A stretch of DNA of 63,355 nucleotides, the filler included, from Phoronis australis (taxonomy: Eukaryota > Animalia > Phoronida), in assembly GCA_002633005.1 (NCBI GenBank). It is 4 parts of 4 records of this genome, joined end to end, with 100 filler letters (N's around TTAATTAATTAA, not from the genome) between each part and the next. Parts side by side here need not be neighbours in the genome. Positions count along the whole stretch, not along the records: positions 31,724 to 53,665 come from NMRA01001401.1; positions 53,766 to 59,600 come from NMRA01000478.1; positions 59,701 to 63,355 come from NMRA01002913.1; 1 more part is not named here. One strand, 5' to 3'. The position numbers were made by a program, and so were the translations under genes. Below the pieces are notes generated by a model. The model did not search any database. It was not told where the DNA came from and saw only the letters and a list, made by a program, of their open reading frames with translations. Each line of letters begins with the position of its first letter. Positions within the stretch are counted from its first letter, which is position 1. Shown one piece after another: positions 52,100-63,245 of the stretch.

Positions 52100-53665
52100 G
52101 GGACCGCAGCCTATCGGACCCGGTGCGGATCGAGACACTGGCGAACGGTAAAGGCATGCGGTTGCAAGCTGCTTTGCCGAAGTAAAATGTTCAAATCATA
52201 AATGCCGTATATATTCAATTGTAGTTTTAGACGCTTGCATAAAATTACGGGCTGGTTAGTCCTGTGTCACACTGTCGCAGCAGCCCTTGGCTTAGCCTTG
52301 GTACAAATCTGTATATAAATATACAGCTTTGCACCGATGTGGGTAAAAAAGTGGTAAGGTAAAATCTGACACAAAATTAGTGTCATTAAAAATACAGTCT
52401 TCCTTGAGTAAACTAAATTATTCAACGGTGTTGGAAAAAATGGCGTTCTACCGTTATTCTGCTGCTAAATTTGCGGAGTGATCTTTAGCGACGGCTGTTG
52501 GCGCGATGAAATATTGCGTCACCAATTGGCCAGTTTTCTTTTCGCCGATTCTTCAATCAACTGTTCTTCTTTTACGAGGTTGCGTACACGTCACAACAAA
52601 TTATCGGAACTGGTTTCACTTCATTATAAGTTTTTAGAATTTTGATACCGAAAAACCGAATTTCAGAAGAAATTTTTCTGCTGCCAAGTTATCATCATCT
52701 CCCGAGAGATGTTGCAAAAATTTAGGAAATGGCGCGTGCGCGTGACACGAGCGTATTGTTTTCAAAACGACGACATACTTTTCATTGTTAGAAAAGGCGG
52801 AGAGTTACGCAAGAAAATGACGTTTGTTGCATTGTTTTTTACTTAAACAGCTGTAACGGGCAAGGTGAGTGTCGGTTGATTCCCAGATTTTGCATGCACC
52901 CCCTCCGGTCTTTAGCTTTACATGTTGATACAAGTTTCATGGCGAGGTGACGAGCAGAACTACCCTGGCTGTGTGTAATTTCGGGGTCTACGGAAGAAAT
53001 ACACACAGTGGTACCTAGCTGTATTTTGACGACAGTCTTCATACAGCTAGCTGGCTGACTACCCTTGGCTAGACTCAGTGCCAGCTACCACTATGAAGAC
53101 TATCGTCAAAATACAGCCTGTTAGTAGGCCTACACAGCTTTGCGCCAAGGCTACCCTTTAACCTACATGTACTTGGTCCTTGGCCACATCGCTCGCTCAA
53201 ACGAGGTTTATTTAGAACTTGGGGTCTTCTGGCGAACTGTGCAAAGTTGTTGGCTTTCAAGACAGATTTGCCCAGACTTTGCATGAGCACACCAAGCCTA
53301 AAAAATGGGGGGCTGGAATTTCTGAGAATGTTTACCTTTTACTATAAGATTCACTGGGTATGTTCAGAGCTATGAATTGCAGACACTAAATTTTAGCACT
53401 TCCCTGTCCTCTAGTGGACTTTTGTCTCGCTTTCTACTTTTTTCATAAATAGGTAAATAAAACAACAAGAATGGATCAACTGAGATTTTCGGATATAATA
53501 ACGTCCTTTGTCAACAGAAACAGAAATAAAGTAAAATCAAACACTATATGACAATTGACATTTAAGATGTGGCGTAATGAATATGATATATTTTTGCGTA
53601 AAAAATTCGATGATATAATTTAAGAAGTTTTTTCGGAGTTCGTGCTTCTCTGACTGAGGCAGACA
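52100..53665 (-). repeat. Repeat family R, copy C (interrupted by the 769-bp element, truncated by linker)
   Basis: Reverse complement of 7205-7794. 53269-53665 is near-identical to 31724-32118. Confidence 0.88.
52293..53061 (+). mobile_element. 769-bp non-autonomous DNA transposon, TAG...CTA termini, 9-bp TSD (Academ/AcademH-like)
   Basis: CCCTTGGCT at 52284-52292 and 53062-53070. The empty site is visible in copy A near 7612-7621. Second copy at 44440-45321. Confidence 0.8.
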
Positions 53666-53765
53666 NNNNNNNNNNNNNNNNNNNNNNNNNNNNNNNNNNN
53701 NNNNNNNNNTTAATTAATTAANNNNNNNNNNNNNNNNNNNNNNNNNNNNNNNNNNNNNNNNNNNN
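53666..53765. other. Artificial contig linker N44-TTAATTAATTAA-N44
   Basis: As at 31624. Confidence 0.97.
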
Positions 53766-54958
53766 CAAGGTCAGCTGCATTAAGTTATGTATCGTCACAG
53801 ATAACAATTTAATTACTACTTAAAAATGAAATGAATTTGAGTGAAAATAGAACAAATCACTTACGGGACACTGGATATCATTTACGTGACAATTTTTTAC
53901 GAGAACTTATCAAGACTAACGTCAAGCAAATTCTAGTCAAAGTATGTTTCACAGGAAGCATTTCGTCACTTCTTCTAGTACGTTAATAACGACCCTAAAA
54001 CGTGAATTATAAAAGTGACATTACTGAAAACTTACCCAAAAGTTCTGTTGACTTCTTTAGCGACTATTTTCAGACAGTATCGATGTCAGCTAAAGCGCAC
54101 GTGCTCGTTCTTGAAAAATTGACCTATATTCATGTCACACATGCCAATAGTAGGTGAAATTAATTGGACTTGACCTAATTATAAAATTGTCGTCCCGTAA
54201 ATGAAGGCTCGTAAATGATAAGCAACCGATTTCAAATGCCAGTTTTTTCATAAATGTTCGCCAAAAACTTTCAAAACTGTGCAATGATTTCGCACATCAC
54301 CATAGCTTTGTAAGAGTTATTTTAGTTTCCACATCTTCATTTTAATCAACGCACTATTGTTGAATTTATGCACGTCTCGTAAATGATTCCAAAAAAATTC
54401 CACTGCGCTTCTTGAAAAGCAGTGCCACACAACCAATTTCAGATAAGGCAAAGGTTTAAAAAAATAATGCCATCGCCGTTTTTTGTGTATTACAAATTGT
54501 TAATCACGAATTCACTAAAATATCTCTTGAAACTTTTTTTTCAAGAAACACGCCAATGAGGTCTCGTAAATGATTTGAGATTTGGCTTCACTCAGTAAAC
54601 ATGGTGGTAATTAAAATTCATTTTTTGTTGATAAAAAACGTTGACTTTCTCTTTAAATATGTCTCGGTGAGTTTTCAAAACGCAATTATTCGTTTCGATT
54701 GGACAAGTTATTGTAACAAAAGAGAGCCTGTTTCTACTTTGTCGTTTTTTCAGCTTCACGCAATTTTATGGAACCCTAGGTTACATGGTGCATTGTGACA
54801 CCTACCATGTAAACTGTTGCCGGTCATAAAACACAGCACCCACGTTAGACATATTATTCTTTATTTTAAAGGTCTTTTGACATTGTTTCATGACTTCGGA
54901 CATTCTCTGTGGCGAGCTGAACATTGGCTTCAGCATTTGTCGCGATTCATTGAGAATG
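53766..54958 (+). mobile_element. Right arm of a second copy of the 22-bp-TIR element
   Basis: Near-identical direct repeat of 57289-58384, ending in the same TIR. Carries ~95 bp (54227-54322) missing at the N in the other copy. Confidence 0.85.
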
Positions 54959-55020
54959 ACAACGCCTTAAGACGGGTACCATATAATTATAATTATATGG
55001 TACCCTTCTTAAGGCGTTGT
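54959..55020. repeat. 62-bp loopless palindrome (1 mismatch)
   Basis: ACAACGCCTTAAGACGGGTACCATATAATTA|TAATTATATGGTACCCTTCTTAAGGCGTTGT. Confidence 0.95.
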
Positions 55021-55329
55021 TTTGCAGGGACCTTCATCAATTCAGCGTGCATATCTGTCATAATCTGACGGCAGAAAATGTTTGCCACTCACTCGGTAAC
55101 CATCCACTGCTTTGTACGTTGCGTGGACGGGTAACGCTGCGTTCTTCACATGAACGAGCTAGCCAAGTACGCGAAGTGTGTCATCCTTCGGAAAGCAAAG
55201 CAAGGTACCCAAAGCGCGTGTGAGACGTGGCATGTTGACTGACTTGTAAACAAAAGCAACCGACGACCGAACTGATCACAACCGAGGTAGAACAATGACT
55301 CACTCGACAGCTCTCACAGTCAGACTATA

Positions 55330-55426
55330 ATGAAAAGAAATCGGCGCGAAACTCTTGCCTCCCCAAACGTCACTTCCGGAGTAGATGACGAGAAATTAAT
55401 CAAATTACGAAAAGTTGCANAATGGG
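55330..55426 (+). CDS. Candidate first coding exon of the caspase (short prodomain MKRNRRETLASPNVTSGVDDEKLIKLRKVAXW)
   Basis: ATG at 55330 in a CpG-rich stretch. Donor G|GTACGT (phase 1) joins the acceptor at 59591 to read ...W-G-A-V-(I/M), like caspase beta-1 'G..LI'. One N at 55420 could be a stop. Confidence 0.4.
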
Positions 55427-55551
55427 GTACGTTCGGAGGCACGGGTGACAGCAGATGAAGTGCCTCCAGTCAGTGTATATAGTGGCCACAGCTCCCGAGT
55501 CTTCTCGCTTCAAAAACGCACTTCTCGGGGGAATCGACAGCGACGGTCAGC

Positions 55552-58384
55552 CATTCTCAATGAATCGCGACAATTCGACTCCTGAGACACTCGATTTTCA
55601 AGTATCTTCATCTGGAGCTAACGTATTATTTTTTCTTAATTTAACGTATGAATGATAAGTTTTGAACAATTTCCTCAGCTCAGCAAGTGCAGTTATAGAG
55701 TTATTTTGTTGTTTTATTAGAGCAACTGGATAATTTATTTGAAAACATAAAAACTCGTTCGTTGGGTTAATTTTCGGTCTAGTTTGTTATCATTGACAAC
55801 GAACAATCTCATTGTGCAATTTTATTAATCAGCATGCTTGTTAAAATCGAGAAAAACAGCTCTTAGTATTTTCTACTTTCTTGTGTATTTTTCGTGGACA
55901 TATAAAAATTTAACTATTGAACTAAATTTTTACTTTTTTAAAACACGTACTTTGTTTATAACTGTGCTTTATAAAAACAGGTGCCGTGGTGTTTGCACTT
56001 GTCTTAATTTTCATTAGCGACTATCGATCATTCAAAAACTGGTATCCAATATCCGGTAATGTGATGACTAAAAAATCCTAAGTGAATTTAAAGACGGCTC
56101 GTAAATGACACAACATGTCCCGTAAGTGAGGGGCAAGTGATATTGTGTCGGTGGAAATAATTTCTGACCACCTANCCGTTTTGTTTCTTGGTCTTAAAGC
56201 ATTCACTCCGCACTACTTTTTCGGATCTCTCGTGCTGCTACAGCACTGTACAATATCCGGTAATGTGATAACTAAAAAATCCTTAAGTGAATTTAAAGAC
56301 GTCTCGTAAATGACACAACATGTCCCGTAAGTGAGGGGCAAGTGATTTTGTGTCGGTGGAAATTATTTCTGACCACCAACACTTCAGGAAAAACTGGTAT
56401 GAAGTAATGACGGATAGTATACGTATTGAAGGCTATTTGTTGTCACTTGTATGAGTTGATGTAACTGATTACGTAATAAAAATGACAACAGATTACAATT
56501 CAACCGTCTGTGATACAAGAAGACACGTGGAGACATTTGTAACACAACTCACATGTACATGTACAGGTAAATCCAAAAGTTTGCATTCAACATTTTTACA
56601 ACATTTGCTATACAATTGTTCCTGACATCTAACACGTCACGTCCCGTAAATGACGACTTAAGCGTTGACAATTGGGCTAAAGACTGTTAAGGTTAAAAAC
56701 CTTTTAACGGCAATTTTAACTGGGCTTTAAAAGTCATTAGAAAAAATCAAGGTAGTCCAGCAATTCATCTGACGCCTTGAACGCTCTGCAGCTTTCATAG
56801 TAGGTGCGAGGTCCAGGACGAGATTCAGGATGTCATCTTTCCGTAGCCAAATCTTGTTTCCTTCGGCCGGCCACATAAACAATCCACTCATTTTACTGGA
56901 CGGCTGCAAGAAGTTGACCTCCACAGGCAAGTCGACATCATCTGTGTCCACGACTTGTCCGAGATATCGGCGACTTTCATATTTACAAACAAAATTGACT
57001 TGCTTCACTTATATATTGACTTCTTTGGTCTCAGCTAACACTCTGTTGGTTTCTTGTCTTCCGACTTTTTGTACTTCTGTCAGTTCTGACACTGGTACGA
57101 AATACCCGTAACTTGTTCACTTTCTCTTCTAAGCCATTCGTCACCGAGTTGTGCCTTTTTACGGTCTCTCTAGACTATTCCTTCATCCGCTGAGACTTGG
57201 ATTTTGGCATTCCGCAACGCAAACCAAAGGGACAAACTCTAATTAATAGGTATTAAATAAAATAAAAGATGTCATTATTATTTTTGCGAGGTCAGCTGCA
57301 TTAAGTTATGTATCGTCACAGATAATAATTTAATTATTACTTAAAAATGAAATGAATTTGAGTGAAAATAGAACAAATCACTTACGGGACACTGGATATC
57401 ATTTACGTGACAATTTTTTACGAGAACTTATCAAGACCAACCTCAAGCAAATTCTAATCAAAGTATGTTTCACAGCAAGCATTTCGTCACTTCTTCTAGT
57501 ACGTTAATAACGACCCTAAAACATGTGAATTATAGAAGTGACATTACTGAAAACTTACCCAAAAGTTCTGTTGACTTCTGTAGCGAATATTTTCAGACAG
57601 TATCGATGTCAGCTGAAGCGCACGTGCTCGTTCTTGAAAAATTGACCTATATTCATGTCACACATGCCAATAGTAGGTGAAATTAATTGGACTTGACCTA
57701 ATTATAAAATTGTCGTCCCGTAAATGAAGGCTCGTAAATGATAAGNTTAGTTTCCACATCTTCATTTTAATCAACGCACTATTGTTGAATTTATGCACGT
57801 CTCGTAAATGATTCCAAAAAAATTCCACTGCGCTTCTTGAAAAGCAGTGCCACAGAGCCAATTTCAGATAAGGCAAAGGTTTAAAAAAATAATGCCATCG
57901 CCCTTTTTTGTGTATTACAAATTATTGATCGCGAATTCACTAAAATATCTCTTGAAACTTTTTTTTTCAAGAAACACGCCAATGAGGTCTCGTAAATGAT
58001 TTGAGATTTGGCTTCACTCAGTAAACATGGTGGCAATTAAAATTTATTTTTTGTTCATAAAAAACGTTGACTTTCTCTTTAAATATGTCTCGCTGAGTTT
58101 CCAAAACGCAATTATTCGTTTCGATAGGACAAGTTATTATAACAAAAGAGAGCCTGTTTCTACTTTGTCGTTTTTTCAGCTTCACGCAATTTTATGGAAC
58201 CCTAGGCTACATGGTGCATTGTGACACCTACCATGTAAACTGTAGCCGGTCATAAGACACAGAACCCACGTTAGACATATTATTCTTTATTTTAAAGGTC
58301 TTTTGACATTGTTTCATGACTTCGGACATTCTCTGTGGTGAGCTGAACATTGGCTTCAGCATTTGTCGCGATTCATTGAGAATG
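55552..58384. mobile_element. 2.8-kb DNA transposon derivative with perfect 22-bp TIRs (CATTCTCAATGAATCGCGACAA)
   Basis: TIRs at 55552-55573 and 58363-58384. Many GTCYCGTAARTGA motifs in both orientations. Internal coding remnant. No TSD seen. Confidence 0.85.
56727..57008 (-). pseudogene. Tudor/SH3-like beta-barrel coding remnant inside the TIR element
   Basis: FVCKYESRRYLGQVVDTD....VEVNFLQP....GLFMWP.....WL...DIL resembles C-terminal modules of invertebrate transposon proteins (recollection). Stops upstream. Confidence 0.55.
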
Positions 58385-59332
58385 TCCGTGTAGTATTTAC
58401 TCATTCTCTAGACTCCCTTGTTACCCTATGGTGTAGCCACCACGCGCGTTCGGTGCCGATGAAGGCGAAGTTGCATGGACGGGTACGCGGCCCCCGGCCA
58501 TGATTACGTGAAGCGCTTTGAATTAGAAGCAAATTCAAAATTATTACTATATTATTGTTATCGTTGTAGTTAGTAGTACCAGTAGCTGGAACAATTTTGT
58601 TGTTGTTGTCCATATGCATCCTTATATTTAACGGTTAGGCTGAGGCTGGATCTTTTCTGCGAGTGGGGGTTCGACAGAACCACCACAGCTACGGCAGGCA
58701 TGAATCTAGTAACAGTTTGCAAGACAAATTAGCCGGCAATCACTCAAGGAAGTATTTGCAAACACACTTGGATAAAGAATATTTCAGCACTTTGGGTGAA
58801 CGTAGTAAACCTTCTGTATTGTTCTAGCGGCATCAAATGTCATGCTTCCCTAAAAACAGGTTTTCATATAGGACACTTGATTGTCATAAAATTGTTTTCG
58901 TCTTTTTCCTTACTCAGTTAAAAGACATCTTTCAGTTGAACCCGTCCAAAAATCATCGTCAGTCGTCCTCTTCCCAGCCGTAGGAAAACATAATTATACT
59001 AATTTTCAAAATAATCTTTCGTGCGGTTTGGGAAATAGAGAGGCGGATACTATAAAAATGCTATATTAACCTTTTTGAATTGCTCCCTCTAGTGGATTTC
59101 ATTGTTTGTGCGCTGTATGTAATGCACGTGATGGGCTCGTGTCAAAGCTCCGCCTTGCCCTTTTAGATGTTATGTGAGTGAAATTTCACGTGAATATTTT
59201 TTTCTAGATACACCTGTCTTTGTCACGTAATGTCCTAAGTTTACTGCCTTCTAGAGGTACCGATATGACCATTTGGTCGAGGGAACTGATAACAATAGCT
59301 AAAAGATGTGAAACTTAGGGACCGATTGACAG

Positions 59333-59470
59333 CACTTGATTGACTTCGCTTTTACCCCGTGTGAACCGGCTGAGCAAATTTGATTGGTCCTCGATGACGT
59401 TTTCCAGCTTACGGACCAATCCAATGTCTTGACCTGTTGCCCCGGCGGAACCGGCGAAGTCAATCAAGTG
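59333..59470. repeat. Fold-back with 17-bp perfect outer and 9-bp inner inverted repeats
   Basis: CACTTGATTGACTTCGC (59333-59349)/GCGAAGTCAATCAAGTG (59454-59470); GATTGGTCC/GGACCAATC. Confidence 0.8.
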
Positions 59471-59590
59471 GCTCAAAACATCAATATTTGAATCTTGGGA
59501 TTCGGACATTTGGTTTGAATTACTTCGTATGTATCCGGCAAGCGTTCGCCAGTAAATTGTATAATGACAAGTGACTCATATTTCTTCCAG

Positions 59591-59600
59591 GTGCCGTTAT
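59591..59600 (+). CDS. Start of a probable caspase exon, truncated by the linker gap
   Basis: Strong acceptor ttttcttccAG at 59589-59590. Only 10 nt are visible, at the position where the beta-1/Arg exon is missing. Confidence 0.4.
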
Positions 59601-59700
59601 NNNNNNNNNNNNNNNNNNNNNNNNNNNNNNNNNNNNNNNNNNNNTTAATTAATTAANNNNNNNNNNNNNNNNNNNNNNNNNNNNNNNNNNNNNNNNNNNN
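59601..59700. other. Artificial contig linker N44-TTAATTAATTAA-N44
   Basis: As at 31624. Confidence 0.97.
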
Positions 59701-59741
59701 GCATTAAGTGGACCAAATTGCTAATGTTAAGTTTATTGCAG

Positions 59742-59935
59742 GATCAGACAAAGATATGGAGAACGTAGAGACACTCTTTAATAGTGAAAATGGCTTCAGA
59801 GGCTGGTACACCGTTTTAACATCTATTAACTGCACACTGAGGCAGCTGGAAGACGAATTGGCACAATGCCAAGAGAAACTTCGCACAGGCGAATTTGACC
59901 AATTCATTTGCTTTATTTTCTCCCATGGCGAGGAG
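59742..59935 (+). CDS. Caspase exon (p20: GSDKDMENVETLF...DQFICFIFSHGEE, catalytic His)
   Basis: tttattgcAG acceptor (phase 1), GAG|GTGGGT donor (phase 0), SHG motif. Confidence 0.92.
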
Positions 59936-59944
59936 GTGGGTGAT

Positions 59945-60140
59945 TAGGGGTCTGTTCAATGAGAAGTGACTTTTGATTTAAGACAGAAATTTAGTCTAAT
60001 GCTCGACATAATTTTAAATTGCTTAAGTGACATTTACAAATTTTACTTGAGCAAAAGTGCAGTCTCTAAGCCTTTGTTCAGCCGTTGTCATGTGAGACCA
60101 AATTTCTGTCTTAAGTCTTAAGTAACTTTCGCACCTTAAG
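59945..60140. mobile_element. Intronic MITE (inverted arms TTAAGACAGAAATTT/AAATTTCTGTCTTAA)
   Basis: Inverted repeat read directly. A related end occurs at ~10363-10405. Confidence 0.6.
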
Positions 60141-61145
60141 CTTATATTATCCAAAATGGCCAGAGTTTAGTTACATCAAAGTCACAGAGTGTGCCATCTT
60201 TGAAAACCATGGTGTACACCGTGTTTTGGGTGGAAAGCTTTGTTTTGGTTCATTAATACAACATTATTTTAATACATATTTAGCATTCCTAATTGTGCAC
60301 AATAACAAAGTGAGCTATTCCAGCTTGAAGGTTGCTGCAATTTCAGCATGACCTATTTAGTACTGTGCAAGATTTTAAAGCCAGAGAAAGCAATGGTTTT
60401 TGATGGCACAGTGTACTTAATGCAGTTCCCAGGTTATCTAGTTGAGACTTTTTTGAGTGTTAAGTATTGATCCCTTGGTGAGGAGTATGTACCACCTATG
60501 AAACAATAGAAAGTGATTTTAACAGTCCGATAAAAAGGCCGGCATCTCGTACTGTGTTCAATAGTCTGTAGGGCATTACGCTTCCTCGAAGCGAATGTAG
60601 AATCAGGTTGTACACCATCTGTTGGGCCATTTACGCCGTTTTTATTAATGCACACTAGGGAAAACACTGAAAAATGCATTTCCATGGTGACTACTGATAT
60701 GTATTGTTATTTATAAAAGTTGTTCATCAAAAATGGTTGCTTTCCTCTTCAATTGAACTTCATCTTGTGCATCCTACTCACTCCAAACAACATGCTTTAC
60801 GGAAAATCAAACGGCAGTACAACTTCGTTGCCAACTGCTAACTGTACAGGATATCCAGTGGTTTAGATCTAGATTACACAAACATTAGCGTGCTTGCAAA
60901 TGTTACTGAACTGCCACTAATGCTTATACCAACAATTTACGTGTTTCAACTGCCTGTAAACCAATTAAAAACTTTCTTGCAAAATGAAAGGACTCCTCGT
61001 CTATGTAAACTCACTCTCAACCATAGGTAGGCTTTTGGTTACACGTGTCTCGTTTATCTATTGATGTCAAACTGTAGTCCTGCCTTAACTGTCAATCTTG
61101 CGGATCAGAGTGTCCAATGGGTGTCTTCCTTTTGTTCTGTTGCAG

Positions 61146-61233
61146 AAAGGTATCCTGACCAATGATGGTCAGCGTATCATGCCAGAGAAAATCATCAACC
61201 GATTCAAGGGCGACGTCATACCGGAAATGGCTG
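61146..61233 (+). CDS. Caspase exon (KGILTNDGQRIMPEKIINRFKGDVIPEMA)
   Basis: ttctgttgcAG acceptor and G|GTGAGC donor. 88 nt; phases 0/1 fit both neighbours. Not in the ORF track in this frame. Confidence 0.92.
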
Positions 61234-61267
61234 GTGAGCTATAACGACAGCAGTTTTCAAATAAATT

Positions 61268-61600
61268 GTTTTTTATGCACCCACATATTTATATGTGGAC
61301 GCATTATGCCGTCATCTCCGTCCACCCGGCGTCTGCTGCTCTATCTCTAAAATGCCTTGATGTATCTTCATGAAATTTGGCACATGTGTTCCTTACGTGG
61401 ATGGAACGGCATGAGCAAACATTCGGACGGATCCGACTACCGGTGTGCCCCCTAGTGGCAATTTTAGTTTTTTACCTTTATCTCTCTATATTCAAAAGTC
61501 GTGAATGGATTTTCATAAAATTTAGTAGTTATTTCTTGTCACATACTTTCTTCTACACCAGCGTGGCGTATGAACAATTAACTCTTGTAATTACTGTTTG
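61268..61600 (+). mobile_element. Helentron/HINE-like 5' fragment in caspase intron
   Basis: T-run, then hairpin ATGCACCCACATAT-TT-ATATGTGGACGCAT, a TCCG-like short repeat and 'atcttcatgaaatttggcaca' core. Confidence 0.5.
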
Positions 61601-62124
61601 AAACTGCAAAGTTTGGCCAACTTAGGATTGTGATTGATGCATTCTATAGTTTAAAGTATATTAACAGTTGGGTTATGAGCCACAGGTTTTCGTCTTGACT
61701 TTTTCCAATTATGTTGGAATTAAATTGTTTGTTGGAAATAAATGTGTATGTATTTCAGGCTGTGTAGATAGTCTGTGGATCGATTTTCAATTTCTTTTTG
61801 TAATTTTGTATTGTAAATATAAGAACTGAAAATAAATTTATAGGTATCCCTGCAGCAAATCAAGAATAAGCTCCTGCCACTCACATTGCAAATTTTTCAT
61901 CATTATCTTTATTATTTTAGTTTAAAAAAATATCTTTTGTTGCATCTAATTGCCTTGATTGTTGTTGCTGAAATAGATGTCAGGTACTGGTAATTGCCTT
62001 GGATGTTCATTGTGGCAAGGAAATTGAACTATTATTTTGGTGAGGATGATTTTCAAATGCATTTGTTGGAAACTTTTTAAAGTGTTTTTACGCTTTGCTC
62101 TGATGTATAATCTCTTGTTTCCAG

Positions 62125-62301
62125 GGCACCCTAAAATATTCATATTCCAGGCGTGCCGGGGTGGGAAAGCCCAACCGGGTCATCGAGTAGATCAGGCAGG
62201 TGATGCTAAGCTTTCAGATGAAGAGTTCATTGAGCTGGACTCTATGGAACATGTTGTGCCTGTGGACGCTGATATTGTGGCAGCTTTCTCTACCACTAAA
62301 G
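62125..62301 (+). CDS. Caspase exon (GHPKIFIFQACRG...IELDS...PVDADIVAAFSTTK, catalytic Cys and linker)
   Basis: tgtttccAG acceptor, G|GTATAA donor, 177 nt, QACRG. Confidence 0.96.
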
Positions 62302-63245
62302 GTATAAGCAAAAGCGAATGAATGTTTGTGTTCTGATATTGATGCAGTAGTAGCCACTCCACTCCTGCAACATTAACAGTGCTAACTCTGATTTACCCAC
62401 AATGCTGCACTTCAGTAGGGCTAACATCCTGTTACTGCCATGTCATCACTAATTTCTTATAGAATTTGGGTCACTTTTGTTCACTCTAATGCCAGTAAAG
62501 TTAAAGTGCTTACAAATATGAAAAGCTGAGTGTGGTTCTATAAGTTGTTTGTTTGACTTGGCTCGCAACTTAGCGTTTTCTACCTCCAGAGGGTTGAATT
62601 CGGGAAGTGGTACTTGAACCTAACATTTTGTGAATGGCAATTTTGTATCAAAATGTTTGTTTAGGACATTCTGCGAATCACGTAATTTGCATGTCATTTG
62701 CTTTTGTGTCACTGCATAACTGAACCTTCCACTGCCATCTGATGGGTACACTGGGAATTAATGAGAACAGAAAACTGTGGCATTATCGTTTGTTCTTTTA
62801 ACAATGCCATACAGCGGTTCTCGAAGAGAATTGTCAACTCTTTACTAACACTACTTATTATGTAATTTGACCTATTGCAATCTCTGCCCCCCTTGCGAAA
62901 TGTCAACAAACAAATAATAAGTTTAACCTAGCAACATGTTATTTGTCGGGTAAAATAGCGGCTTGGAAACGAAAGTGTGTCAAGAATGCTGCGTTCTGAT
63001 TGGTCACTTAAGCCGTCACTCAAACGCCTGGCGATAGGTCAATTATGCCATGTACTAATAAATTTTTATACAATTCTTTAACCAGTGTGGAAATGTATAT
63101 CACAAACATTTTTAAGGCTGGTCTGCACGCCATCTGTTGGCCACATTACGCGGTGTCCCTACAGATGGGGTGATATGTTCTTAACATACACGGTGGGGCA
63201 TACCGCTAGAAATTCCTTGCTCATTTCCTCATTGTCGGTTTTCAG

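Noticed and set aside
56048-56378. ~127-bp internal direct duplication in the TIR element
   Set aside because: The first copy ends at a single N, typical of a gap-closing overlap artefact.
59315-59509. 64-aa minus-strand ORF next to the caspase
   Set aside because: Coincides with the inverted-repeat fold-back; no domain similarity.
59708-59741. N-terminal part of the track ORF (MDQIANVKFIA)
   Set aside because: Intronic: in-frame TAA at 59705, and the branch and acceptor signals place the exon start at 59742.
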